64,000 bases of DNA, from the IMG/VR virus record IMGVR_UViG_3300008117_000018, positions 1 to 64,000 of that record; one strand, 5' to 3'. Each line of letters opens with the position of its first letter. Within the stretch, counting starts at the first letter, position 1. Positions 1-10,557 of the stretch are shown here, one piece after another. The notes under the pieces are model-generated. The model had not been told where the DNA came from, searched no databases, and saw only the letters and a program-made list of their open reading frames with translations. This DNA comes from a virus. Made by a program: the position numbers and the translations under genes.

Positions 1-5
1 GGGTA

Positions 6-705
6 ATGAAATTTTTTAAAAAATTGTATGATAATGGTAAAATTCTCATTAAGGATCCAAAAGAAGTGTATAGAACATTTTGGATTGGTCATGAATCAAA
101 AACAGGTGGAAAAACTGTTCCAGGAATAGGGAAAGAATTTAGAAATGATGTCTATGAGTTTCTTTTTAATAAACCATATGAAGATGTGACATGGAGTGAT
201 GTAAATATTAAAAATATCAAAAGAGTATATGAAAAAACAGGAGATTCGTTAAAAACTCTTTTTAATTTTGCTGATGACAAAGAAAAACTAAAATCAAAAG
301 AGGGTGTCGAAGATGCAAGTCTTAAATTAAAAACTTGGTTCAACAGAGTTCTTGGTTTTGGAGTCAATACGGCATTTTCAATTGCTATAGGAAATTTAAT
401 AGCTGGTGTGATTTTTACAACCGGAATAGGAGTTATTGGCTCCGTATTACTATCTATTTTAGTAACTATTTTGACTATTTTAATTATGGTTTTTGTGGCT
501 TTTATAAGTAGAAAAGTAAAAAATAAATTACAAGAAAAAGGCCTTTGGTTTAAACAAAGATAGAGTAGCAGGTAGTGAAAAATGGTCACCTAATGACAAA
601 CGAAACGTTAGTGATTACGTAATGAATCATTTGGATAATTTATTTGCAAATCAAGGTTGTAAAGAAATAGAAATGAACGGTTTTGAAATACCACTCGCAG
701 CTTAA
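6..705 (+). pseudogene. Membrane protein, possibly 5'-truncated, apparently split by a +1 frameshift near 520-540
   Basis: ORF 6..563 has two TM helices; the +1 frame is open 520..705 (AFGLNKDRV...EIPLAA*); removing one A from the run at 535-539 joins them. Confidence 0.5.
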
Positions 706-758
706 AAAAAGAAAATATAATTAAATATATAGATTAATAAAAAAAAATTAATAAAGAC

Positions 759-1717
759 ATGAAAAAAATTGTTAAAAATTTTAATGGATTCAAAAAAATC
801 TACGAAAATGAATTGAACTCTGAAGATAAATCAACTGGTAAAATTGAGACAAAACCAGAAGAAGCGAAAAAGGCAGCTGAATTGATTAATCAATCAATTC
901 AACAAGATTCACAAAATGCGCCAATTAAAAATCTTTTAGATAAAATCGAGACACAATCTCAAAAAGAAATTAGAGAGGCTATTGATCCAAAATCCTTTAC
1001 TAAAGCAATTTCAGCATCAGATCCACAAAGTGAAGCTGAGTTAAAATCAAAAGTAGAAGCACTATTGAAAAAAATGCACCAAAACATCCTACATTTGGAA
1101 AGTTACAATATATAGATGTCAACAGTCAAATTCTCCGTTATGAGACCGCAAAAGGTTACAATTGGAATGCTGAATCCGGCATCGTTAGATTTGAAGTGAC
1201 TGAAAGTGAAAGAAAACATATTGAAAATATACTTTCTGAATCTGTTGCAAAACAAAAAACCCTTAAGTGGTTATCAGCAGCGGCACAAGTTTTAGGAGGA
1301 TCAATGTTTTTATTAGGAATAGGTATGATACTATATGGTGTAGGTAAGAGGAGTGAAATATATGGACGTATTCATGACGAATTAAATAGAAAGTTTGGAT
1401 TTTTAGACACAGACTCTGGTGCTGATTTTGCACCAAAACACCATTATGATCCTCAAAATTACGAAGACATGGGTATTGATCCTACTCATGATAAACTTCT
1501 TGATGAGTTGGAAAGAAAAGGTATGATATCTAATGTCTGGGTAGGCGGAGATGACTCGATGGACACTTTTGGAAAAAAAGAATACGGATATGTTTATAAC
1601 TGGGATAAAATTTTGACATCAGATCAATCAGCAGAGCTTAGTAGCAATGCCTTAACATTCATATTAGGTGGAGCAGTCACAAGCGGTGTAGGACCGACAG
1701 CCAATCTTATATTTTGA
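759..1717 (+). pseudogene. Leader-bearing membrane protein split by a -1 frameshift at the A7 run 1068-1074
   Basis: Frame of ORF 1196..1717 is open back to 1040 and overlaps ORF 759..1115; N-terminus MKKIVKNFNGFKKIYEN; TAAATATATA at 722-731. Confidence 0.55.
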
Positions 1718-2052
1718 CAATCTAAAGACTCTGCTTTTAACCACCAGTGACCTTTTTTATTAGAGCGAACTATAGTAGGATCGTATTTAACTACGACTTC
1801 TTTTCCATCAAAAAGGTCTCTTGCTTGTAAATAAATTTCATCATCTACAATATCGTTAATAAAAGTTAAGTGAGTTCCTCTTAAAGGTTTGTTTAAGAAT
1901 AAATTGAATCTTTTTTTCAAAAACCAAGAGTAGTATTCATAAAGGTCACAATCAAATTTTACGATAGCGACTTTTTTCCACGCAGATTGAGCATTGTGCT
2001 TTTTAGTCACATTGATTGGATCAAATACTATTTTTCCCTTCATCTCAAACAT
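1624..2052 (-). CDS. 2H-phosphoesterase-like protein, probably 3'-truncated
   Basis: One HxT motif (THLTF), second HxT absent; tail overlaps the opposite gene by 94 nt. Confidence 0.4.
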   Translation of the reverse strand: MFEMKGKIVFDPINVTKKHNAQSAWKKVAIVKFDCDLYEYYSWFLKKRFNLFLNKPLRGTHLTFINDIVDDEIYLQARDLFDGKEVVVKYDPTIVRSNKKGHWWLKAESLDCQNIRLAVGPTPLVTAPPNMNVKALLLSSAD

Positions 2053-2056
2053 AGAA

Positions 2057-2064
2057 CAAATATA
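2057..2064 (-). promoter_or_regulatory. Bacteroidota-type sigmaA -7 box TATATTTG
   Basis: Matches TAnnTTTG just upstream of the 1624..2052 start. Confidence 0.55.
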
Positions 2065-2083
2065 GTAATTTTTTTTAATATAT

Positions 2084-2479
2084 ATGTTTAATATGATATT
2101 TTGGTCAATAACAATAGCTAATATAGTTTGGATACTCTACTCTATCTCAGAGGGTGTAAGAGAAGGTTTTTTTACACATTATAAAAATCAGTGTAAAAGA
2201 AATAGTGAATACAAATGCTCAAATATATTCTATTTACAAAGAATTATAGTTTTACTCACTACATCTTCTATTTTAATTAGTGGTTTAGGTTTATTATATT
2301 CAATACCATTTATTTTAGGTCAAATTTCAATGTTTAATTTTTTTCATAAAATATCTTTAAAACAAACCTATAAAAAGATAAATTCAGAAGATATAAAAGA
2401 CGATAAAGAAAAATTATACAAACCACTAGTAATTAGTGGCATCGCACTACAAGTTTTTGTATATATATTCATGTTATGA
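2084..2479 (+). CDS. Hypothetical membrane protein
   Basis: ORF with several hydrophobic segments. Confidence 0.7.
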   Translation: MFNMIFWSITIANIVWILYSISEGVREGFFTHYKNQCKRNSEYKCSNIFYLQRIIVLLTTSSILISGLGLLYSIPFILGQISMFNFFHKISLKQTYKKINSEDIKDDKEKLYKPLVISGIALQVFVYIFML

Positions 2480-2643
2480 AAAAATTGACAAAAAACGAAA
2501 TAAAATTACTAAGAGAAAAATTCTTAGTGAAATTCTGTAAAGAAAAAAAATGGAATCCAAATGAACTGACTACTGGACAAATGTTAATTATATCAAAACA
2601 TCCTGATTACCTGAACCCAAAAAAAGAATCAATTCAATTTTAA
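2476..2643 (+). CDS. Small hypothetical protein (55 aa, not in ORF track)
   Basis: ATGA overlap with upstream stop; MKKLTKNEIKLLREKFLVKFCKEKKWNPNELTTGQMLIISKHPDYLNPKKESIQF*. Confidence 0.7.
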   Translation: MKKLTKNEIKLLREKFLVKFCKEKKWNPNELTTGQMLIISKHPDYLNPKKESIQF

Positions 2644-3699
2644 TCTTACTTTTGATGCACTAACTTCAGAAAGTTCAGGTATCATTTCTAATAAATCCAT
2701 CCTATTTGCTAAAAACTCATAATTAGTATCAGTTTCAACATATAAAGAATTACCGTCCCAGGATAAATCAGTCAATCCTGGATAAATGTCATTTTGTAAA
2801 ATCCAATTCCGAATGTCCTGTTTTTCTTTTTCAATTTGCGACTTTGAGATATACATTTTTTTTGAATCATCAGCTTCTCCGATGCTAAAATAAGAATACA
2901 GATCAATAGACCATTCATCATCTTCATCATACTGCCATTGTTCGTCTTCTTGCTCTTCAAAATCATTTGAAACATTTCTGACAACAGGTAGTGTTTCCCA
3001 ATCAATCAAACAAACAGCCTTACAAAGTCTTTTGAGGAACTCTATATCTTGAACTTCTCTTGTAGTATGTTCATTATAATAACCAACTGAAATATTAGTA
3101 CACTCAGGAACAAGTGAGGTAAACTTAGCAGAATCAGTATAAATTCCAGTAGGATCTGGTTTGTATTCTAATTCAAGTTCTGTGTTGTTCAATCTATCAC
3201 ACAATTCTTTTGCAAATTCATCAGAACAACAAACACCAAAAAGTTGCTCTGTTATTACTGATGTAGTACCTCTTCTATCAAATGATACAACTTTTGTAAT
3301 ATATTTAGAGAAATCAGTAGAAAGCCAATTTCTTGATAACTTACCGGAACCAACACAGCCAACTTCCTCACCTACAAAGAAATAATAAAGTCCAGGAACT
3401 TGATTTTCTATCATATAAAGAAGAACAATCATTCCGGCTTTATCATCTGCGCCTAATATTGTTGAACCATCAGTCTTAATAAAATCACCTTCAATAACAT
3501 GATTTACTTTTTCCCTGGCACCACAACTAGTGTCTAAGTGACAAGTAAACATTGTGGTTGGATTTTCACCTATTTGTAGGTAGTAATTGTCAAATTCATC
3601 TTTGTGTATCTGTTGTGGTAAATAATTTTCAAGTAATTTTTCCGTACCGAAAGGATATGTAAAACTAGTAAGTTGTTTGAATTTTCTTGATATTCTCAT
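2629..3699 (-). CDS. M28/M20-like zinc metallohydrolase (peptidase)
   Basis: HLDT, LGADDKAG, GEEVG, FDRRG, YTDS, GYYNEHT motifs. Confidence 0.8.
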   Translation of the reverse strand: MRISRKFKQLTSFTYPFGTEKLLENYLPQQIHKDEFDNYYLQIGENPTTMFTCHLDTSCGAREKVNHVIEGDFIKTDGSTILGADDKAGMIVLLYMIENQVPGLYYFFVGEEVGCVGSGKLSRNWLSTDFSKYITKVVSFDRRGTTSVITEQLFGVCCSDEFAKELCDRLNNTELELEYKPDPTGIYTDSAKFTSLVPECTNISVGYYNEHTTREVQDIEFLKRLCKAVCLIDWETLPVVRNVSNDFEEQEDEQWQYDEDDEWSIDLYSYFSIGEADDSKKMYISKSQIEKEKQDIRNWILQNDIYPGLTDLSWDGNSLYVETDTNYEFLANRMDLLEMIPELSEVSASKVRLKLN

Positions 3700-3718
3700 G
3701 ATTATATTAAATTATTTA

Positions 3719-3726
3719 CAAATTTA
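3719..3726 (-). promoter_or_regulatory. Bacteroidota-type sigmaA -7 box TAAATTTG
   Basis: TAnnTTTG about 20 nt upstream of the peptidase start. Confidence 0.5.
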
Positions 3727-3732
3727 CAAAAT

Positions 3733-4269
3733 TTATTTCTTTTTTTCAAATAAATATTCTAATTTCTTATCTCTGATGTATGCTAATTTCAAAGATTCTG
3801 TAGTAGATGACGTATTGTTAATTTTATCATTTATCCAAACTTCACTTTTATACATTTCTTTATACTCAGTCCTTATGTGAAATTCATTTACATCATCATT
3901 TGATTTATAGTGAAATTCTTTAGCCACTATTATAATGGGTAAATTTAATTTTTCAATTTTTTCTAAATATTTCCAAATTAATGATTTATTGATAGACCAC
4001 ATATCGATAACTATTATATCGACTCTAAAAAAATTAGACGAATTTGTTATTTTATCAACAAAGTCATCAAAACTACTAATTATAAGCTTATTGTTTAAAT
4101 AATGAAAAAGACACAAATCGTGAATTTTATTAGAAGATTGTGGTTTTGGTGGCGTTATTAATATATAATTACTACCCGCTAAATCAAAAAAATTAACTAT
4201 ATCACTCACACCTCGAGCAACACAACTGATTTCACCAGTGAAATAATTATATTTTTTTAGGCTTACCAT
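3733..4269 (-). CDS. Hypothetical protein
   Basis: ORF; C-terminal IRDKKLEYLF motif. Confidence 0.7.
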   Translation of the reverse strand: MVSLKKYNYFTGEISCVARGVSDIVNFFDLAGSNYILITPPKPQSSNKIHDLCLFHYLNNKLIISSFDDFVDKITNSSNFFRVDIIVIDMWSINKSLIWKYLEKIEKLNLPIIIVAKEFHYKSNDDVNEFHIRTEYKEMYKSEVWINDKINNTSSTTESLKLAYIRDKKLEYLFEKKK

Positions 4270-4645
4270 GTATATTTTTTTTCTTTACATCAACTAAAAA
4301 ATTATTATTATGTAGAAATTTTCTACCTATTAATAACTGGTATTTCATATTTTTTCTATCAGTAAGAGTCACAAATATAGAATATTTTTTTTGACCTAGT
4401 ATCATTTTTAATTTTATACCAAATCTTTTCTGTACCTTACCATTTGAACTCTTTACATCTATTTCAGTCCATTCATGAAAGATATATGTATGATTTGTTA
4501 CTTTTACTTTTAAACCACTATCCTCAACTTTTACAAAATCTACATGCAAAGCAGCACTATAAGCACCAGTATCTATTTTACCAGTAATTACACTTCCATT
4601 TAATTTTGGAAAATAAATTTTTTCAGTTCTTCCTATTTTTTTCAT
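4247..4645 (-). CDS. RimK-associated retropepsin-like protease
   Basis: KIDTGA catalytic motif, VKSSNG, LTDR..M.Y.LLIGRKFL. Confidence 0.8.
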   Translation of the reverse strand: MKKIGRTEKIYFPKLNGSVITGKIDTGAYSAALHVDFVKVEDSGLKVKVTNHTYIFHEWTEIDVKSSNGKVQKRFGIKLKMILGQKKYSIFVTLTDRKNMKYQLLIGRKFLHNNNFLVDVKKKNIHGKPKKI

Positions 4646-4675
4646 TTAGAATAATGTTTTTATGATATATAGTAT

Positions 4676-6823
4676 ATGTTACTTATTACAAAAATCTCAT
4701 ATTTCGAATTATTAAATTATAAGAAAAATATATTTAATTGTTTAAACTTAAATTCTTCAAACTCTTTTATCAACAAGATTATTGTATTTTTGGATGCTCA
4801 TTTTGATGGACTTCCTAAAAATAATAAAATACAATACATCATCAAAAAAGACTTAGACTCTAAGTTGATAGAATACGCAATGAAACAATCTGAAGAAAAA
4901 AAATTAATATGGTCAAATCCAAATTATGTATTTACAGAGTATCATTTGAAAAATGCCTCAATTAATTCTGATTTATATGAAGAAAAAGATAAATATACTT
5001 TATTTGAAAGAGGTAAAGATAATTTCTTAGACAAATTAAGAAACAAAGAGGTTTTATTAGAAAAAAAATCAAAATTAGTCAATTTATTAGAATCAAATGA
5101 AGATATTCCAAAAATAACAAAATCAAATAAAACAACAATAAATAACAAAATAAACAGAAAATTAGATGTAATAATTATTTCTGTAAATTATAATGATTAT
5201 CTTATAGTAACACTAAAACATAATACTAAGATATTTGAAAATATAACAATAGTCACCAGTCCTGATGATTTTATGTGCCAAAAAATTTGCGAAGAATATA
5301 AAGTAAATTGTGTCGTAACAAATTCAATGTTTGAAAATGGTGATAAATTTAATAAAGGAAAAGCTTTAAATGTTGGTATAAATAGTTTAGAAAGTCCAGG
5401 TTTCATTTTAACATTAGACGCTGATATCATTGTCTCTGATGAAATTGATACAAGTATTTTAAATGAAAATGTATTATATACTTCAGACAGATGGATATGT
5501 CAATCCTATGATAAACTATTACAATCACAACAAGATAAAACAAATATTGGATTATATACAAAATTTGAAGAAGATAAAGGTTTAGGATTTTTTCACCTAT
5601 TTCATTACACTAAACAACAATCTTACCCAGAATACTCTAAAAACGCGGCCTTTGATGACTTATTGTTTCGAGATAAATTTACAGAGAGAGAAAAAATTGA
5701 AAATCAAATTATTCATTTAGGCAAAGCCTATAAAAATTGGGACGGTAGAATCACTGAAAGATTTATAACAGATATTGAATTTCAGTCTTTATTTGATGAT
5801 ATTGAAGAATACGTAACTATTCTATATCCACCCACAATAAATTGGCATTTATTATTCCAAAGACCTCAACAATTAATGAAAAATTTTGCTAATCAAAAAA
5901 ATGTGAGAAGTATATTCTGGAATTCAAGAGGTGAAGTAAGACAAAAAGAAAGAATACAAAAACTAAATAATAATTTATTTATAGTTGACCAATATCTGAA
6001 AATTGAAGAATTTCAACATCTATTCAAAGGAAAAAAAGTTTATTGGTTCTCACATCCATCACACCATTATATAAAAGAACTGACAGATTGGGACTTGGTA
6101 ATTTTTGACGCAATTGACAATCCGGTTGACGAGTTTGCTGAATGGTCAATTGAGCTTAAAACGGCTGTAGAAAAAGCAGATGTGATAATCGCATCAGCTA
6201 AAATAATGTACGATGAACACAAAAAATCCGGAAAACCAGTCTTTATGTTACCAAATGGTTCTGACTTTGAACTATTTGAAAAGTCCATCAATAAATTAGA
6301 AAAACCAAATGACTTTCCGGACTTGACAGGTCCGGTAGTTGGTTACTATGGCGCGATGGCGACTTGGCTCGATTGGGATATAGTCGAAAAAATTTCAACA
6401 AAATATCAAATTTTAATGATTGGTGGAAATAAATACTATAATGAGAAAATATCAAACGACAATATACACTATTTAGACCATAAAAAAATTGAAGAACTAC
6501 CAAATTACTTATCTCATATAGATGTACCAATAATTCCATTTAAATTAACAGAAATGATAAAAGGTTGTGACCCTATTAAATTTTATGAATACATATCATC
6601 TGGAAAACCACCAGTAGTAACACAAATGATAGAATTAGAAAGGTTTAAAGATATTTGCTACTTTATGAATATAGATAATTGTTTGGATATTATAGAAGAG
6701 GCAGCAAATGAAGACAATAAAGAATTAGTCAAAAAAAGAATAGAGATAGCAAAACTTAATTCTTGGAATGTGAGAGCCGAAACGGCTGTTAAAATAATAA
6801 GAAAATATCTAAATGCAAAATAA
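4676..6823 (+). CDS. Multidomain glycosyltransferase (GT-A/GT2-like plus GT-B/GT4-like)
   Basis: FNKGKALN and LDADII (GT-A); FQRPQQL, PNGSD, DPIKFYEY..SGKP (GT-B). Confidence 0.8.
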   Translation: MLLITKISYFELLNYKKNIFNCLNLNSSNSFINKIIVFLDAHFDGLPKNNKIQYIIKKDLDSKLIEYAMKQSEEKKLIWSNPNYVFTEYHLKNASINSDLYEEKDKYTLFERGKDNFLDKLRNKEVLLEKKSKLVNLLESNEDIPKITKSNKTTINNKINRKLDVIIISVNYNDYLIVTLKHNTKIFENITIVTSPDDFMCQKICEEYKVNCVVTNSMFENGDKFNKGKALNVGINSLESPGFILTLDADIIVSDEIDTSILNENVLYTSDRWICQSYDKLLQSQQDKTNIGLYTKFEEDKGLGFFHLFHYTKQQSYPEYSKNAAFDDLLFRDKFTEREKIENQIIHLGKAYKNWDGRITERFITDIEFQSLFDDIEEYVTILYPPTINWHLLFQRPQQLMKNFANQKNVRSIFWNSRGEVRQKERIQKLNNNLFIVDQYLKIEEFQHLFKGKKVYWFSHPSHHYIKELTDWDLVIFDAIDNPVDEFAEWSIELKTAVEKADVIIASAKIMYDEHKKSGKPVFMLPNGSDFELFEKSINKLEKPNDFPDLTGPVVGYYGAMATWLDWDIVEKISTKYQILMIGGNKYYNEKISNDNIHYLDHKKIEELPNYLSHIDVPIIPFKLTEMIKGCDPIKFYEYISSGKPPVVTQMIELERFKDICYFMNIDNCLDIIEEAANEDNKELVKKRIEIAKLNSWNVRAETAVKIIRKYLNAK

Positions 6824-8732
6824 CTACTGGAACAATTTTTATAAAACGAATCATAATTTCGAAAATAAGCCAAGTAATTTTTGTTTATTTGTTATGGATT
6901 ATCTTAAAGAATATCCAAATAATAAAAAAATGATAGATTTAGGCTGTGGTAACGGAAGAGATTTATTTCATTTTTTACAATCGGGCTATAATTGCACAGG
7001 CATCGATAATTCGACAGAAATATGCAAAATATTACAATCTCATAATAACGAAATTAATGTGATATGTGATTCATTTATCGATTATGATTATAATAATTTT
7101 GATATCTATTATTCTCGATTTACTTTGCATGCCTTATCTTATAATGATGTACTAAGATTCATAAACAACATTTCAGAAAATATGAATGAAAATTCATTAT
7201 TGTTTATCGAGACAAGATCTACTATTGGAACAGAATATGAAGAATTAGATTATATCGAGGCTAATTTCAAATCAGGAATAGGTGAAATACATAAAAGAAC
7301 ATTATTTAAAAAAGAGTGTTTAGTAAAACTATTTAATAAAAAGAGTATTTTTTGTGAATTTGAAATTGAAGATAAAGGTTTATCTCCTTATATGGGAGAA
7401 GATCCTTATTTAATAAGACTAGTTTTAAAAAAAATTAACAAAAAACTACAAATCAAAAAGCTTATCAGTGAAGTTGAAAAAAAACAATTTTATATTAAAA
7501 AAATAGTAGATGAGTATATTGAAATTTTGAATAGAAACGGTATAAATTATAGTATTTTTTTCGGAAATCTATTGGGACTTATAAGGCACGATTCTCTATT
7601 TATTCCTTGGGATGACGACATAGATATAGTAATAAATAAGGAAGACCTTAATAGAGTTCAAGAATCTATAAAAAAAGAAAGTTCTTATAAAATAAAAGAA
7701 ATAAAAATATCAGACACAACTTTAATTTTTATAATTGATGATATCTGGATTGACTTTTTTTACAACTTAAAGGAATTTCATGGACTTAATGAAGAATTAG
7801 AACTATCAAAAACGATACAGAAGGAAGGCTATAAGTATGCTTTACATTTTGAAAGTATTTTTGAAAAATTTTACAATCAAAAAATTGAAGAAATACTTAA
7901 AACATGTGTCATTTATAATCATTCATATAATAACAGATGGAATTCAAATAATTTTAATCAATTAAGAATTGAGATAGAAGAATGCAATAATTTAGTAAGA
8001 GAATCAAGAGCCGAATTAAATAATTTTCAAGTTGAACTTTTTAAAGAATACCATAACGAATCAGGAAATTTATATTATTTAGATACAAACTATTTCTATA
8101 CTATTGAAGAATTAAATAATTTTTTAATGAATATTGTTCAAATAAAAAATTATAAAAAGATTTATCTACTACTTGATGAATTTTTTGATTATAAATTCAA
8201 AGAATTAGAAATTGATTTTAAAAATTCAAATTTTCACGTTACTAAGCATGTTATGAGTGACAAAAAATTAATAGAACTTTTAGGAAATGACATAGAAAGT
8301 ATTTTCATCGATACTCTAAAATTAGATGAGTTAAACTACACCGATGATGTATTTGATACAATAAAAAAAATAAATCAGAAATTTGGTGTTGTATTTTTTG
8401 GATTAAGTCTTCTCTTACTTACACAAAATAAAAGAGAAATTAAAATTCTTCAGTTTATGGTAATTGATAAAAAAATAGAAGAACTTGGATTATCAAAAGA
8501 AAAAAATAAACACTGGACTTCTTTTCAGTTTGATAAATTTCAGATAGAAATTTTTGAATATACTAAAGTAGAAAATGAACTATTCGTAAATGAAGATGTC
8601 TATAAAAACACCTTTTTGTATGATAAATTGAAATACAATGTACAATATATTGATGGATTAGTTATCAATCCATATCTTCGATTACATAATCTAAAACTCA
8701 ATGAAGAAGAAATAAAATTTATGTTCTTTTAA
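6813..8732 (+). CDS. SAM methyltransferase fused to LicD-family phosphotransferase
   Basis: DLGCGNGRD, YSRFTLH; GNLLGLIRH..FIPWDDDID. Confidence 0.8.
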   Translation: MQNNYWNNFYKTNHNFENKPSNFCLFVMDYLKEYPNNKKMIDLGCGNGRDLFHFLQSGYNCTGIDNSTEICKILQSHNNEINVICDSFIDYDYNNFDIYYSRFTLHALSYNDVLRFINNISENMNENSLLFIETRSTIGTEYEELDYIEANFKSGIGEIHKRTLFKKECLVKLFNKKSIFCEFEIEDKGLSPYMGEDPYLIRLVLKKINKKLQIKKLISEVEKKQFYIKKIVDEYIEILNRNGINYSIFFGNLLGLIRHDSLFIPWDDDIDIVINKEDLNRVQESIKKESSYKIKEIKISDTTLIFIIDDIWIDFFYNLKEFHGLNEELELSKTIQKEGYKYALHFESIFEKFYNQKIEEILKTCVIYNHSYNNRWNSNNFNQLRIEIEECNNLVRESRAELNNFQVELFKEYHNESGNLYYLDTNYFYTIEELNNFLMNIVQIKNYKKIYLLLDEFFDYKFKELEIDFKNSNFHVTKHVMSDKKLIELLGNDIESIFIDTLKLDELNYTDDVFDTIKKINQKFGVVFFGLSLLLLTQNKREIKILQFMVIDKKIEELGLSKEKNKHWTSFQFDKFQIEIFEYTKVENELFVNEDVYKNTFLYDKLKYNVQYIDGLVINPYLRLHNLKLNEEEIKFMFF

Positions 8733-9711
8733 TTAATATCTCTTTTATTTTTTTCCAACTTAAACCATCTCCATAAGGACAATCAGCATCAACAACATAA
8801 TCATTTTTCATTAAATCAAATAGTTTAGATAATTTATCTGGAGATTCACATAAAAAACTATGAACACCAACACTCTCAGGTCTCTCTGTAGTTTTTCTAC
8901 AAACAATAATTTTCTTATTCAAAAAAGAACACTCTTCCTGAAGTCCACCACTATCACTTATAACAAATTTACATTTTTTTATGTAGTCAATTGTCTCTGG
9001 ATGAGATAAAGGACTTACAATTTTTACATTTTTTAGAATATCTCTGTGTTTTTGAACATCAGGATTAGGATGCAACGGGATAATAAACTCAATGTCTTTA
9101 TTTTCAGAAGCTAGTTTGTCTATTGACTCAAACCATTTGTCCATAATAGAAAGATTGTCTCTTCTATGTAGAGTAATTAATATTTTATCATCATAAATAC
9201 AATTAGATTTGTCTATATTATCAAGTCCAGTATTCCCTACAACAAATACATTATCTCTTATATTTTCATTCAATAAGTTTTTAGCATTAAATTCAGTTGG
9301 ACATAAGTGTATAGAAGATATTCTACTTATTAATTGCCTATTCATTTCTTCTGGAAATGGATTAGAAATATCACCAGACCTTAGTCCCGCTTCTAAATGT
9401 ATTATGTTTTTTTGACAATTAAAAGCTGATATAGATATTGCACAAGCAGTAGATGTGTCACCTTGAACTAAAACATAATCAACATCATCAAAAATATGTT
9501 CATTTCTAAGAATATTTGCTATAATATTATTTAATCTATTAGTTGATAATTCATCACTGATATTCAACTTGATATCAACTTTAACTTCACTTAGTAGATC
9601 TTTATGTTGACCAGTAAAACAAGTCTTAACCGGTAGGTTATCTATTATTGATTTCACCTTTATATATTCTGGTCTAGTACCAAAACAGACTAAAACTCTA
9701 GATAAGTCCAT
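8719..9711 (-). CDS. wecB: UDP-N-acetylglucosamine 2-epimerase (non-hydrolysing)
   Basis: FGTRPEYIK, TGQH, VQGDT, HLEAGLRS, PFPEEMNR, SDSGGLQEE, TERPE, PYGDG. Confidence 0.93.
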   Translation of the reverse strand: MDLSRVLVCFGTRPEYIKVKSIIDNLPVKTCFTGQHKDLLSEVKVDIKLNISDELSTNRLNNIIANILRNEHIFDDVDYVLVQGDTSTACAISISAFNCQKNIIHLEAGLRSGDISNPFPEEMNRQLISRISSIHLCPTEFNAKNLLNENIRDNVFVVGNTGLDNIDKSNCIYDDKILITLHRRDNLSIMDKWFESIDKLASENKDIEFIIPLHPNPDVQKHRDILKNVKIVSPLSHPETIDYIKKCKFVISDSGGLQEECSFLNKKIIVCRKTTERPESVGVHSFLCESPDKLSKLFDLMKNDYVVDADCPYGDGLSWKKIKEILIKRT

Positions 9712-9798
9712 AAATTTAAATTTTTATTATATATAAAAACATTACTTATTTAAACATTAGGTAATTTACAATCTATAATAAAAAAATAAAACCTATTA

Positions 9799-10557
9799 AT
9801 GGAAAAATACGCTTTCACCTATATCATAGGATATAGACACAGAGTAGATAGATTTATGAATCTAAAAAGAGTGTTAGACTGGATTAATGCATTTTCATCT
9901 GTTCAAGTAATATTAGTAGAACAAGATAAGTATTCTAAAATTTCACACTTGAATCTCAAAGCACAACACATCTTTTTAAAAACAGACAAACCATATAATA
10001 AATCTTGGTCTTTCAACGTGGCTCTTAAATACGTAAAATCAGATATAGTTGCATTTGCAGACTCAGATCTTATCATGAACCCAGACGCTCTAATAGAATC
10101 ACTAAAATTAATTAGTCAATATGAAATGGTGAATCCCTATAATTCTGTAATAGACTTGGACCCTCAAGAGACAGGACTACCTATAGACCAAATTGTTTCA
10201 ATTAATAGACCTGGTAGAGGCGAGACGGATCATCAAAAAGTGCCTCTATGTGGGGGAATTTGCATCTTTAGAAAAGATGCAATAAACAAGATAGGCGGTT
10301 GGAATGAAAACTTCATAGGCTGGGGAGCAGAAGACGATTTTCAATCAATTAAAGTTACTAATTTTTTATCGTGGACTGAACTACCACATAAATGTTATCA
10401 TCTTTATCATGTAAGAGAAGCACCTAACATGCCGCTTTATCAAAGAAATATTCAACTATTGAATCAATTAGCTACTCTCTCTAAAGAAGACTTAGTCAAA
10501 ACCATAAATAAAGACATTCCAAAAAATGGCATGAAAAATAAATATGACAATTTTTAA
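9799..10557 (+). CDS. GT2/GT7-like glycosyltransferase
   Basis: YNKSWSFN, FADSD, GGWNENFIGWGAEDD, HLYH. Confidence 0.85.
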   Translation: MEKYAFTYIIGYRHRVDRFMNLKRVLDWINAFSSVQVILVEQDKYSKISHLNLKAQHIFLKTDKPYNKSWSFNVALKYVKSDIVAFADSDLIMNPDALIESLKLISQYEMVNPYNSVIDLDPQETGLPIDQIVSINRPGRGETDHQKVPLCGGICIFRKDAINKIGGWNENFIGWGAEDDFQSIKVTNFLSWTELPHKCYHLYHVREAPNMPLYQRNIQLLNQLATLSKEDLVKTINKDIPKNGMKNKYDNF

